Shown here: in pieces, positions 1 to 13,566 of the stretch | Numbering within the stretch: position 1 is the first letter of the stretch | How the letters are laid out: the number at the start of each line of letters is the position of its first letter | NCBI GenBank assembly: GCA_046563655.1 | Contig: CM102284.1 | Coordinates: 7,254,001-7,318,000, forward strand | Length of the DNA stretch: 64,000 nt | From: Yuukianura sp. NJ FZ-2021 | Lineage: Eukaryota | Reading direction: 5' to 3' | Position numbers and translations under genes: made by a program | Notes under the pieces: model-generated | What the model was told of the DNA's origin: nothing | Databases searched by the model: none | The model's input: only the letters and a program-made list of their open reading frames with translations

Positions 1-3000
1 TAAACCTGCCACTTCGTTCAGTTCAAGTGGATTATTGATTCTTGCGACGCCTTTTTAGACTGAGTCGAAAGTGGAAAGTCGAATGGAAAGTGTTACATGG
101 AGGAAGAGAAAGTGAGTCAGGGTGAAAGTCTGGGGAGTTTGGAAACTTAAACTGAAAAGTAAATGTATTTTCCCTGGCGTCTTTTTCAATTTTTTCAAGT
201 GGAGACTGGAAAATTTTGAATTTGTCATCAAAATTTCCCGAAAAGGAAACTTAGAAAGTTGAGCTGCTTTCACTTTTTGTTTAAAAGCTAGATGCCGGAT
301 GCGTTTTTATTTTTTCGAGTTGTGGGTAGAAAAGTGTGAATTTAGTTGAAAAATTGGCTTGCTGTTTAACGTTTTGTGTTGGAATGAACGAAAATTTTTG
401 TGACTTTGTATATTTTTCCGGATTTTTTGGTTTTTGTTTCATCCCCAGTGTGTAAAGGGGATGCTGGCAACACGAGTTAATTGGTGTACGGTGAAAGTCT
501 GTTTTTTGAAACTTTTTTTTGGAAAGTTTTTCATTGCTTTCTCCGCAACGGCGGAGGGGGAAGGTGAGGAATTTGGGAATCCCACGGGCAGTATTTTTTT
601 CCCGTTGCTTCAGTTTTTCTCGCTGGGAGTGGAGGTGGGTAGTGGGAAAGAGGAGTGTGATTTGTACTGAATAATTTATTCATTTTCTACTCCCTAGCTG
701 TTCTTCTCCTCCTTGTTTGTATTTCTCTATTTCTGTTTCTTCTCCTGAAATTGTTGTACCCTTAAGGTTTTCTTTTCCTTTCTACAAAGGGACGATTTTC
801 TTTGAAAATCTTGTTCGAGAGTTTTGGCCCTCCTCCCTGCTACTATTTTTCCCCTGCCCTGTGATGTTTAAGCCGAAGGGAGGAAGGTGGATTTTTTTTA
901 ACGAAAATTGTACTCGGAAAGGTACGATTTTGAAAATTTCTCTCTCTCCCGCTTACCGTATGGTTCTTCCGAGTTCGGTTTAGGTTTGGGCAGAACTCTT
1001 CTCTTTACTAGCCGAGTGCTACTAAAAGTTATAAAACGGCGGTGGATGAAGGGAAAAACTTGAAAAACGACTCTCACATGTCTTATAATTTCCCTACCTT
1101 ACCTTCTTCCCTTCCTGGGAAATTGAAATGGTAAAGAAAGCGGCGATTATAACAGGAAATGAAAGTTTTTTTTCTGAAAGTTTTGTTCCGTCCGGTTTTT
1201 ATTATTTTTCTGGTGGAGTAATTTTGATTTTTTTGAAGTTTTGAATGAGGAGTGTCTTACAGCAAAATAAAAAAAAAACAACAAAAAAACAAAAAAGAAA
1301 AAACAAAACTGAACGCAGAAGTGAAACTTTGAGACATTGAAACTTTGAAATGGTATTTTTTAGGACTTTCTACCCAAACGAGATTTTATTCAAACTGTTT
1401 CGGAAGATTCTGAATTTTGCAGTTGATGGTCAAAATTTTAGGTGGAGTTCAAGATGTTAAACATCTTTCGTTTTTATTGATATATTTTCCTATGGTTTTA
1501 TGTTGTTTTTTTTTACGTTTTTGTGGCTAAAAGTAATTTGAAGTAATAGTATTACTGCCTTTCCTTTGCAGAGTTAAGGGATTGCGAAGAGGAAGTTTGA
1601 AATTGTGCTGAAGTGGCTGGTTGGCTGGCAACTCTCTCTTTTTTTGAGGAGATTATTGACCTTTTCTCACTCCCATTGTTCTGTAGTAGGGAGAGATAGT
1701 GTTAGGATGTGTTTGGCTCCTTCAACAAGTGGCAATTCCTCTTTCCAAGTCTCTGTTTCACTTCCTTGCTTTACTTATGCTCCCTACAGCTAGTGGCTAA
1801 CTTAGTTAGTCTTACAAACTACTCAATTCTGATGCTTTTCCCTCTGAAATGAAGGCACAGGAGCTCCCTGCCTTTCTAAACCAGTAAAAACCTACTTTAC
1901 TTTGGGATATAACCATTTTAACTTAAGCAAAACCCAGCCAAACGTAACGGTACAATTCTCCTTTTTTCACAACTTTCTAATCCTCTGGTTTCAACTGTTG
2001 AAGTCAAAGTCCAAATCTTGGCTACCAAATTTAACGAAGAAAATGTTAACTCAAATGATTTGAAATTTTAACTCTCAAGAAAGAATTTGAGTAGAAGAGG
2101 TAGAGGAAAATTTTATGATGAAATTGTTCAATTCCACGCAGAATTTTTTTAAATTCGGAGATGGAGATTTTTGAATTTTGGCAGGGTGAAAGTTTTTCAC
2201 TTCCGTTTTGGAGACTTTCACTTGGAATGCGAGGAGAAAATTTTTGAGTTTGAATTCAAAGAGGAAAGCTGTTGGTGTTTGAATTTTTTTTTAACGAGTG
2301 AAGAGAAAACTGGTTTAAAAATACTTTTGTGGCAGAGAATTTAAAGTTGGATGTTTTTAGATTCGGTTTTTGTGTGAGTTGAACGAGGATTCACGAACCC
2401 CTCGTTTTTGTGTATGTATTTTAGCGCAGGGATTTTTTAAAGGAATCATAATGCTGTGCTGGTAGACAGTTTTTGTGGTCTACTTTTCCATGTTCATGAC
2501 TTGATTGGATTTTGACTCAAATCCAAAAGGAAAAGTTGATTTTGTGCTCTTATCGGTTTCACTATTTGAGTCACGGAGGAAGTTTAAAGGTTAAAAGTGA
2601 ACAACTCTTGGATTGGATTTTTCGAAATTGTGTTGAATTTTAAATTTGTGAAAGTTAAAAACAAGATGGGAAACGGAGAATACTTGGAATTGGAGGAATT
2701 GGGAATTTTTTTTTTGGGAAAATTCATAGTGAAAAGGCGGTTAAAGTCGAGCTTTAGAGGATTTTGAAGTGACAGGTTCCATCTAAAGTGTATTGTTGTA
2801 AATTCCATTGTATTCAAAACTGTGTTTTTAGAAGATATATCTGTTAGGCTGTGTATTTTGTATAACTACGACTCTTCTTGCCCTCATTGTTTCTTGTGCT
2901 GGTGGTAGTGGGGGCTTTTTTGGCTTTTAAGACCCCTATTTCCTGCCAAACCCAAAGCAAACCAACCTCCTAGTGGACATTTTCCCGTGGTCTACAACCT

Positions 3001-5470
3001 ACCAAAACCTTATGCTCAGGGGGAAATTTTGTGCTAAAAAGCTTTGACAAGTCTCAAAAACCCACCCTGGCCTGTGGGTTATAAGCATTTTTTTGTGGGA
3101 GGGAAGTGAAAAGGGGACTTGAACCAACGGTGGAAACCTTCTCTGCTCATTCTTTCACCACCACGCCACCACCACTTGGGTTTTAGTTGGTGGAAAAAGT
3201 GAAAGTTTTTGGAGGAAATTGGGCCTGGTGGTGTAGAATTGGAAATAAGGAGAGTAAACAGCCAGAAGACTTGGGAAATGTGCACAATAGGAGACATGAG
3301 TTTGACCTTACGAGAGTCAGGAGCAGGTCAAGTCATGCGGAGTATTTGGTTTTCACCAACACCAAACGCCCTGGAGAAAGTTGGGGAGAAAGTGGCGGGA
3401 AAAGATTCTGACACTTTGGATTCGGAGGCGGAAGTAAGTGGAATCGTAATTGGCTTTAGATGGGATCTTTTAGTAAATCTTTTGTTTGGTGTTGACCAAA
3501 ATGAGTTGGGTTCAAAGGTAAATAAAAATTAGAAAAAGTTATGTTGAAAGACTGACTTTCACCGGTTTTGTGTTGACTGTGGCGTTGAAGTTTCACAGTT
3601 GGCTGGGTTTGTCATTTGTCAAGGACAGAAATTCAGGTTTTGGGGTGAGGTTTGGCTTAATTACTGATGTGTGATTGATGAAAAGTGGTAGGTTTAGGTA
3701 AAATTTAGCGAGTTTTTAGAAAGTTCGATTTTTTGGAATTTTTGATTTTTGGAAAGTTCGATTTTCTTTGAAGGTTATGTTGAAAATTGTTAGGCTTTTG
3801 TGGCTTTTGGAACCAAGTGAAAGTAAAGGATTTTTAGGGCAGTAGTTTGCGGGGATATGAGAAAATTGGGAAATTAACAGTCCGCTTTTCCTGTGCTTTT
3901 CACAATGTACTTTCACTTTATGCTTTGGATTTAAGGCTGAAACAGTGAAATAAAGGCAGAGTTTTGGAGTGAATGTGTGTGGGAAATTTCAATTAGACTG
4001 AGCAAGCTTTTTGGTCATTGGATTTTTGGAGTTGCTTTCTCCAGGAAGCTTTTACAAGGATATTGTACGAGACTTTTCAATTTCAGCTGATGACTGAAAG
4101 GTTACCGCTGCAAAGCTGGATGAGCAGCGCTCTTTGTCTCAGCGCGCTGACGTACTTTTTCAATGTTCAGTGTAAGAGAAAGTGTGGGTGGATTTGGATT
4201 GTATGAAGTGATTCAGGCAGTGTGAAAAGAGAAAGTTGAAAGTTTGACAAATTTGAATTCAGGTTATTCAGTTTGTGCTTCTTTGTCTTGTGGTTGAGAT
4301 GTTATTTGTGTGGTGACTAATTAAAATGTGGCGTACCGTATTCCTATTGTTTGATTTCATCCGAATGGATTAAAGGTGTCTACTTTTTAATTAAATGTTT
4401 AAGCCCCTTAACGTCTTCTGCTTCTGTATGAACCACTTCTTGACAACTTCTTCCTCTGCTGGAGTACAAGATGAGTAATCGTACGGCTGAACAATCGTCT
4501 TTGGACGATTTTGAGTCTGACGCAAGCGAATCACACAAAAAATACGTTTTTTTAATGTCTAAAAGTGTTCGAAAATAACTTTTCAACTACTAAAAAGTGA
4601 AAACGAAGAGAAAAAATTTTCTCCCAGAATGCTTTTTCGGAGTTAATTTTTTTTGTTGATCGTCTACGTTTGATTTTTTTTACCAGTTTTAAATAAATTG
4701 TGGTGAAAATTTAAAAATTTGTAGAAAACGAGATTTTTCACTTGGGAATTTTTTTTCAAGGTGATTTTTTTTTCGTAATTTCTTTTTGTCTGTTCCCAGA
4801 GCGTGTAGCATAATTTTTTTCTCCGTGATTTCTCTTTTTGCAGAATGCGGAAACAGTTTGCTAAAAGTTTTTTGTTTCAATGTTTCCATTTTCTCTTTGA
4901 CATTGCATTGTAATCGTTTAAGGCTCGGCTCTGATAAATATTCGAGTGATCTTTGAGAATTTGCGATTGCATTGTTTTGTTTAGGGAATTAGTAGTTGGA
5001 ATGATTTGAAATTAATTTTAAAGTTTTTTAGGCTATTGAAATGTTGAAGGGCAGGCGGAGGCTGAAGAAAAGTTTCCTGTGTGCAGGTTTTCAGTGACGT
5101 CTGTGTATTTTTTGGCAATCCGTGTGGGAGTCTCCACCCTTCGCCTTCCGAATGAAGTGGTGGAGAGATGATGACGCTTGTTTTGTATTTTTGAATTAGA
5201 CGAGCACTACTTTTGCTATTGCTGGAGCATTTAAGTTGCATTGAGACTGTTCCCCCTTCTTCCGCTTCCAGAATAATAATTAAACTGGGATGATAATTTA
5301 AACGAAAAGGAGCTTTAGCACTTTTTTAGTCACGAGGCTATAGCCGTCCCCCTGCCGACATAAGCCTAACGTTAGTTGCTCGTGCTAAGCTCAGTACTGT
5401 GGGTATTTCTAATCTAACTCTGTAAGTTCCACTTAACCACTCAACACTTGCCGTTTTTTTATTTTTCCAG

Positions 5471-8400
5471 AGAAACTTCACCCTCTCCTCCTCTCCGTTT
5501 CTACAGCAGAATAGTCAAAATGTTCATTCGGAAGAGATCCCCAATCACTTTCATCTCACACATCACCACCAAGGGTCACTCAAGGGCCGACCAGGAACTG
5601 CTTCAAGAGACAAGTCCAAGTCGACCACGCCCAACACCACAACACCTTTTGGTAAGCTGAAGCACGAATATCGGGGTAGTTGGAATGTTAGGGTATGTTT
5701 AGGTTAGGGGAAACGCAAGGGGAGAGACAGAAAGTTTAGTTTTTGGCTGGAGGTTGACGGTGAAAGTTGGACTTTCATCGCTCGAACTTTCTCCGACTGT
5801 TTTACTCTTGTTTTTGGTGTGTGCTGATAAGATTTGTGGTTATTGTTTTGGGTTTTGCGTAATTAAATTCAAGTGCGCGTTAGAGGATTGGAAAAGTTAG
5901 AGGTTAAGAGAGTTAAAGTTAATTGCGACTGAATTTTTGCGCAGTTTTTGGAAAGTTGCTAAAAACCGGAAGTGAAAGTAATTTCTGCATCTTGGGAATC
6001 GTGAAATCTGAAGTGAAAGTTATAGTTCCTGGGTCAACTTTTTTTTAAAAATTTAACGGCGGTGTACTTTTACCCGTTTTTGGAAATTCAATTTTTGAAA
6101 AGTTGTTTTTTACTTTGAAAAATTGGCTTCGGTTGTCGATATTTTCCAATAAGAACGTCCATTTTAGTAAGATTGGATGCTAATAAATTGTTGTGACAGA
6201 AGGAAAGTGGGTTGGATTGCGAAAAATGTCAGTTTAGTAAGTTGTCTGTTGTGTGGTTTTTGGAAGAGAATGAATAATTGAAACTGTTTTGAATTGACGT
6301 GGCTGTCTTTTGGCTCTTTTGTAGGCTCCGGGACAGTTTATCAACCAGCAGGTCCACTCATAGAACCACACAAGACAACCTCAGTTCCAGCAGGTCTCCT
6401 TCCAGACTCTGTGCGAATCCCATCGGATCTCAAAGTGACATATCAAGCACGTCCTCCGCCTTCCTCCGTTGTCACTGGGAATCCAGCGGCTCGAACGAGC
6501 AGCGAAAACAAAAAATCGGAAGGGAGGGGAAGCAGTTCCAAGCACACGCCCACCACTCCTGCGTCTTCGCAGCCGAGCAGATCCCAAAATAAACAAATTT
6601 TATATCAACCATACAAGTCCACGACGACATCGACGGCGACGAGTGGAACGTCGATGACCGTGACCTCGAGTAGTACAAAACTGACCCATCAGTCCTCGTC
6701 GTTCATCCACTCTCCACTGGCAGTGAGTTCGACAACACTTTCGGCGACTGCTGGAAGTATGATGATGGGCAGTGTAGGGGGTCCATTAGGAGCCACAGGG
6801 ACACTGACTCAATCAGCGGCCTTATCCAGTCACATTAATCCTTCTAGTGCAATTATGACGACAGGAACTGCTGCCGGACCGGGCAGTCTCTATTTTGGAT
6901 ATGGTCATCAATCACCTTTTGCTCCCTCCAAGTTCCCAATGGTTCCACCCGATAGTTTTAGGTGAGTGGAAATACTTGAAGAGTTGAAAGTTGAAACTGA
7001 AAAGTGAATTTTAACTTTGTGTTGTTCGATTTTTCCAGGGCCCAGTCTCCATTTGGAAGTCCTTACTTATTTCCACAAACTACGCCACAAACTCCACCCA
7101 ATTACTTTATGGCACCGTCGTTTTATAATTCGCAAGGACTTGGATCTCCTGGAGGGAGTCCACTTTCGCAAACACGCCCGCTGTTCCATCATCCTTCTGT
7201 TGGTTCTACCGTAACTGGTGCTCCTCCGTTTTACCAAGCTCAGCCACCACCAAGTGCCCACCCTGTGAGTAACTACTATGTGGCGGCTCCACCAGTACCA
7301 ACACCTTCACATCATTCCATGCAGCCCTCAACAGCACCAGGTTGGTCAGTATTTGCCTAGTTCCAATGCTTCTGAGCTAGTAGAACTTAGGTTGACTTAA
7401 TTTTCCATAGTTTTCCAACAATTTTTAGTTTCACATTTGGAATTTCTTGTGCTTTTGTGCTTAAAAATGTCATTTATGAAGTTAAATGGCCTTTGTGCAA
7501 CGGTGTTTGGATTTGTTGTTCTTTATTCAGGACATGCTGGGCGTTCTCCTCACAATCCGTCATCCCAGCCAGCATGCCCGTTCCCTACGGAATCCTCTCA
7601 ACTGAGCAACAACTCCACCTCCAGCAGCAACAGTTCTACCAACACCAACAACAACAACAAAGTCAACAGATCGCTGCTGCGCAAGCAGCCGCTGCAGCCT
7701 ATCAGCGTTACGGTCCCGGAGGATACGGCCCAGGCAGTTGCTAAGTCTTCTGGAGGTCCGAAACTTACGAAAAAGTTAACACAAACGAATCAACTTAGAC
7801 AAAATAGCCAAGAAACTAAGCAGTCCGCAGTCCAACCAAGCACACCTGCTGGTCGGACCAAGAAAACTGTCAGACAGAACCCAGATCCAAGTACAACCAT
7901 TACTCCAATTCCTCCTCCGACGACTCAACTGGAAAATGCCAAGACATTTACAGAACAGTATTCCTTACCGGATGACATTACGATTACACCAATCATCATG
8001 AGTACGAGTCAGAGTCAAGCAAATACATTTACTGCCTATGGTTCTACTCTGCCGAAACCTGAAAAGAAGAAGGACATTGTTCATGTCATTGATACTAGAA
8101 GTGGAGAATCAACTACGATTGCTAAGCATATCAGCATCAACAACTTACATAGAAACAATCAGTCTCTACCGAACGTTTCTTCAGTCAAGCCGAACAATGC
8201 TGGAAATGTTGGCAAAATCAGTCCCTCTCTGGACGTGATTGTTTTGAATTCGAATAAGCAGAGCAATGTTGGAAATGGATTGACTTCGGACCACAATCGA
8301 AATGGCGACGATAAGAATTTTAGTCGATCAGGATTACTTATCTCACCGGGATTCAATGCTGAACGACCAAACTTCAAGTTGCAACAACTTCATTCGAATT

Positions 8401-10548
8401 CAGCTGGAAAAACGCTGCTTCAGGCAAATTCAAATACGAATCTTGTTCAGCCTTTGTACCAAGGAGGAGTCAATGCAAAAAGTGAGAATAAGAATAGGAT
8501 TATTCGCAGAAAAGGCCTTACGTTGAATGAATGTATCGATGGACTCCAGCGCAAGAAGATGCGAATACTGGCTGACACGAATGTGTCTATTACTAATGTT
8601 ACTCCGCCGGCAAATGCTGGCAACAACCCTCCTATGCCTCAACAACTGACTTCCGACCATAACCGATTACTTAGCATTTCAATTACACCGCACAATCACG
8701 ATCAGCAACCAGTTTTTGGAAACAATTTGACACTCAAGGGTACAAAAGTCAGCAATGGACCAGGATTGACCTCAAAAACGAACAGGAAAGATGCTAAACC
8801 GAAACAGAAGTCTCTGAAGGGCGTTGCAATTCAACCATCGAAGCGCCAAAATGCGCAAACAAGAAGAAGTCTGAATGATAATGACTTTTGTACTAAACTG
8901 CTGGATTGCAATGATGCCATGGCGGCAGTCAGTGCTCTCCTGGTTCCATCGTCATCATCAGCATCCAGCATTCCAGCCACTGATGCTGTTTCAGTCCAAT
9001 CCTATAATTTACCAGATCTGCAAATGACAACGGTGGTGAAGAAGCGACAACCGGAAAAAAGATCACCGTTGAAAATTAAACTTTTTAAAGGCGGAGCTGG
9101 AAAGATTACGACGCGAAGTAATTCGCAGACTCCGAAATTGAGGGCAAGAGGGAACAAAATCCAAGATGGAGAGAGTACTGGAAATGCTGGAGGAAAAGGA
9201 AGAGCGAATAAGCTGCTTATTAGACACAAAGATGGAAACAAAAGTAGTGGATCACTCACTCCGAATTTACTGCCTTACAGTACTTCTTATGGACAAACTC
9301 AGGGTAATGGAAGCTCCACTTTGACGACGAGTAACAATCATGTCATCCTGAGAATTCCAAAGGCCAGTGAGCGACAAGGGAAGATGAGTTACCAGTTATC
9401 TTCTGGAAATATGACGGTCAATGCAATGAAGAAGAGAGCAATTGTCAAACCATTGAGTCCGTCACTGATTAACGGGGCAACTCATAGCCTTACGACTGGT
9501 AACAAAAAGTTACCGATTCATACCCATCCGAGATGGTCAAATGGATGGCGATTTGAGGGGAAAGCGTTTGAAGCGAAAGTTTACATCAAGGTAGGTTTGC
9601 AATTTTCAAAGTTTCGTTTCAGAACTTTTTTATGAAATCAACTTGTAAGAGTTTTATAAATTCAAGTTTTTTTTAATTGCAGAATGATGACAATCCTGTT
9701 TTGCGAAGATGTTACCCGGCAATGCGTCATTACGGGGGAGATGTGATTCGTGCAAGAGATTGCGTCCTGCTAAAATCTGGAAAGAAGACGGATTTGCCTT
9801 TTGTGGCAAAAGTTGCTACTCTTTTTGAAAATCCAGAGGATGGAGAGATGATGTTTTCACTTTTATGGTAAACTGAAAAATTTTAAGTTTGAAAATCGAT
9901 AGAAATCATAATTTTGATTTTTGTAACTCCCAGGTACTACCGTCCAGAGCATACAGACATTGGAAGAAACAAGGAAGACATGCTGGATGAAATATTTGCT
10001 TCGAAGCATCGTGACTCGAATTCTGTTGCGACGATTGAGGACAAATGCTACGTTTTCACTTTCAATGAATACTGCAGGTAACAACGTTATTTTTTTTTTA
10101 TCTAAAAGTAAGAAGCCGAAATTCACAAAAGTTTTGTCCAACTTGCAACGGTTTTTGCCAAAACTTGTTTAGGTACAAAAAGCGCTTGAAGCAACTCCTC
10201 GAAGGCATTCCAGAAGCAACGCCAATTGTACCACTGTCTAAAAGTTCAACAGAAACGCGCGTACCAGTTACAAATTTTGCGACAGATATTGCAAATGCAG
10301 TTTGGCAAGGGATGTCAACGCCCTTGCCAAATACTGACGGTGGCGACAAGGCTGAGTCGTCTGGAGCTGGAAATGTACAACCGAATGCTAATTCTCTGCT
10401 GATGCCAGTCCCTCGTGCTCACCAATCAAATCAGCGTTCATCTGGACGTCATCAACCGAGTAGTGGCAAAGTTTCTGCTGAAGTTGTGTTCTTTTGCAGA
10501 AGAGTCTACGACTACCGTCAAAAACGGATGCTGAAAAATCCATCCTAG
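5471..10548 (+). CDS. BAHD1: BAH-domain chromatin protein (BAHD1-like), spliced; start codon lies upstream and is not resolved
   Basis: Phase-consistent GT-AG exons 5471-5651, 6325-6961, 7039-7340, 7531-9590, 9683-9867, 9934-10077, 10173-10548. The C-terminal BAH domain ([47 protein letters not shown]) and the end ([19 protein letters not shown]) closely resemble BAHD1. Long low-complexity N-terminus. Confidence 0.85.
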
Positions 10549-11288
10549 CAAATCAGTTTTGTAGAACTGGATGATTGAATCTGAATGAAAGCTGGCATAA
10601 GTTGCGATGTCAAAGGTGAAAGTCAAGAGTAAGGTCTTCTCCCTGTCAAGGTGTCTTGGAATTTAGCTAAGAAGGGTCGTGTTTGACTGGAATTGGTGGA
10701 TTATTACTTAAACCTCCATAATTGTTCTTATAACATGATACATTTTTGTTTTTAGCAGTTTTATAATTTATTTTGTTAATAATATATTTATAGGTAAATT
10801 AATTTGTTTAGAAATACTTATTTAGGGTACATCTTTTTAATAGTTAGCTCCAATTCAATCTAAAGATGAACCACTATGTTTGTTCCAATTCCAAGGTGCT
10901 AAGGGTAAAGAGGGAATCATTGAGGATGACATAATCAGCTTCAATTTTTAACGTCAAGTCATGTTAGCGCTGCGTTGTCCTACAAAATGTTGGGATGATT
11001 TGAATTGTCAGTGCTGTGGAACCCTTGGAAAATGTGCCCTTGGATTAATTTACAAGAGCATTGACAATCAGATCAAAAGTATATAAATTGTTTAGCTGAA
11101 AAGATTTACAATTTCAGTAAATAAACATTCAGAATTTATAATTTTTGGATGGACAAGGATGAAAGGAGGAGGGTTAAGACAAGTAAGCTGAGATTTTAAT
11201 ACCAAAGTGAAAAAAGTGACAAGTTAATTGAGGTAACAATATTATGACATAGTGACCTTGACCTGACCTGTAAAGTGTACAATTAGAG

Positions 11289-12478
11289 TTAGATTTCAAG
11301 TGTGTTTCTCTCGTCTTGCTGAGCGTTGGTTCTCATTGTTCGCTGAGCTTCCCTGACTCTGCGCTGGACTTTTACTGTAAGCTCCGGATCTTCCTGAAGG
11401 TGTTTTTCCGTGATCCAGCGCTTGTTAGAACAACCAACGTATGGACATCTGGAACAAAGTAGAACAGTTATTAGTGTTTCAGTCATAGTGAGAAAAGACT
11501 TTAGTTAAGATATTCTAGACCTACCTTGTCTTGTTACCATTTTTCAACATCCCAAGGATTGACGCTTTTCCATAGACATGGTTACAGTATTGGTTGCGTA
11601 CTGGATCCCTCAATGGAAGCTTAGATACTGGATCAGTTACGGGAATCAACTCGGCACCGTCATCGTCTTCTAGATCGGCGACTTCCGCATCTTCTTCTTC
11701 CTCATCTTCGTCTTCGTCGTTTCCTCCTAAAAATCAAAGAATCAAATGACGGGTTTCAGTTGGAGGGCATTGGGAATTGGCACGACCTATTGAAGATTGT
11801 GCCTTACCGTGTTGTGTATTCTGATCACGCATTTCGTTCAAAAGTTTCTTGAAGTAAGCGTGTCTCTTGATGGCAGTATTCTTAATTTTGTTCCGATGTG
11901 CAGTAACCTTGTCCAGGGCAGTCTAAGAACAGGATTAGAGAAGATTGCAGAATTAGGATTCTTAGAACTTGAACTTGAAACCTACTAATCATTTACCGTT
12001 TTAAGTAGTTCACAGTGCGCAAGAATCGCTGTGTCATCGGCATCTTCATCAATTTCTTCCATAGCGTCGGCTGTTTTATCTACAAGCTTCAGTCCTTGAA
12101 GGTAATTTATCTCTGTTTTTATTAGTTTCATCATACAGTCGGTCATCCGATTCCTGATTTCTGCCTTTTTCTCTTCTAGTAATTAACAAAGTAATGAAAA
12201 GTATCCTTCTTGGTTAATAATCCAATTTTCATAGAGTTCCACTTACCGGTATTGCATGTTGGAAGAATATCCTTTACGAGTTGCAACAAATTGTCCATAG
12301 AATGTCGTAATCCAGCAATCACGGGGTCAGAAGTGTCCACTTCTTCCGGATCTTCTGCTCGTGTACTGTTATTAGCATTGCTGGACGTTGTAGTGTTCGC
12401 AGCATCTTGTTCAACCTCCATTTCTTCTCCTTCAGAACTGGAGGGGGCTGCCCTTTGTCGTCTACGATTTCTTCCCAT
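11289..12478 (-). CDS. NSMCE2: SUMO E3 ligase NSE2/MMS21 (SMC5/6 subunit)
   Basis: Five exons (approx. 12478-12248, 12175-11996, 11923-11807, 11727-11525, 11449-11289). They give an SP-RING motif TDPVSKLPLRDPVRNQYCNHVYGKASILGML..RCPYVGC preceded by a helical region. Confidence 0.8.
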
Positions 12479-13000
12479 CTTGTCCTCTATTAACAACAAA
12501 AGCACCAATTACTGGTAATCAGATTAGTAAGCACATAACGTTTTATTTTTTAAACTGCGACAGAAGAGTATTCTTACCTTATTAGTTGGCGAGTCGGCTC
12601 AGCTGAATTTGTTGATAACGGAAATCGCAGTTTGTTTGTCCTCGTCAGCTGGCGGAACCGCAAGGTCAGTTATCTATTCGTAGAATCTATAAGGAGTTTA
12701 TAACAAAAAACGTTAAGATTGGGATAAGAATCAATCGATTTCGGTTTGTTTACACTTTTTCCTCCGAATTCCTGAGAACATAGTAAGGGTTAAGGTTATG
12801 GTATCACGTGTTTACATGTTATACTTAGCATATACTTTTAGTAAGGTTACATCGTAAACATCTTATTTTCATTACAGGATTTACACGAGTATACTGCCAG
12901 AGCCAGGAGGGACAGGGAGATGTTAGAACAAGTGAACAAGATCGAAGAACGAAGATCAAGAAAAGAACAATAGCAAGGGAGAGATCACTTTTTTTCTTCT
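12479..13000. promoter_or_regulatory. Probable bidirectional promoter region NSMCE2/DLG5
   Basis: Divergent genes with 5' UTR introns. CAGCTG (~12600, ~12646), DRE-like AATCGATT (~12733) and CACGTG (~12805). Confidence 0.45.
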
Positions 13001-13566
13001 GAAATAGGATTCAGCTGATATTCAGTCATGGTGATGGTGGATATGGACAAGAGGAAGTCATCAGTCAACTCAGCAGCTACACCTTGTCTGTATCTTATCG
13101 TTCATTCACATGTTTCCTTAGTGCATGAGGCAATGTGGTGACGAGGTAAGGACGACCTTCTTTTTATAGTCTTTTCTATTCTTCAGTCATAACGCTAAGT
13201 TGTTTCTGTTGTTTTTAGTCTGCCTGCAGTGCTGATTCCCTCTCGCAATCAAGTCCAAAGTGTTCAAGTGGAGTTGCTCATTATCTGTCTTTCTGCTTCA
13301 TCACAACCATCATCATCATTGTGTTTGTGTGCATAACAAAATCAACAGTAGCAGCAACAGGCCTAACGAAAAGTGGTAACACAGGTTCTGGTGAGTTGAA
13401 AGTTGGAAGTCAGGAGATCCAGTCAATACGATCAATACTGTGTAACTGATTAGTTTTGAAATACAGATTACACGTAACAGAACATGATGGATAACGGAGA
13501 CTGGCAGAGCTAAGGACCTCTTCACTATATCGCTCGGATATCTGCGACGAAGAGAGTACAACCACA

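Noticed and set aside
4428-4475. ATG exon as the BAHD1 start
   Set aside because: Its phase would need a rare GAG acceptor at 5472; not supportable without RNA data.
55-5241. Many 60-110 aa ORFs
   Set aside because: F/L/K-biased translations of AT-rich non-coding DNA, often with non-ATG starts and no splice support.
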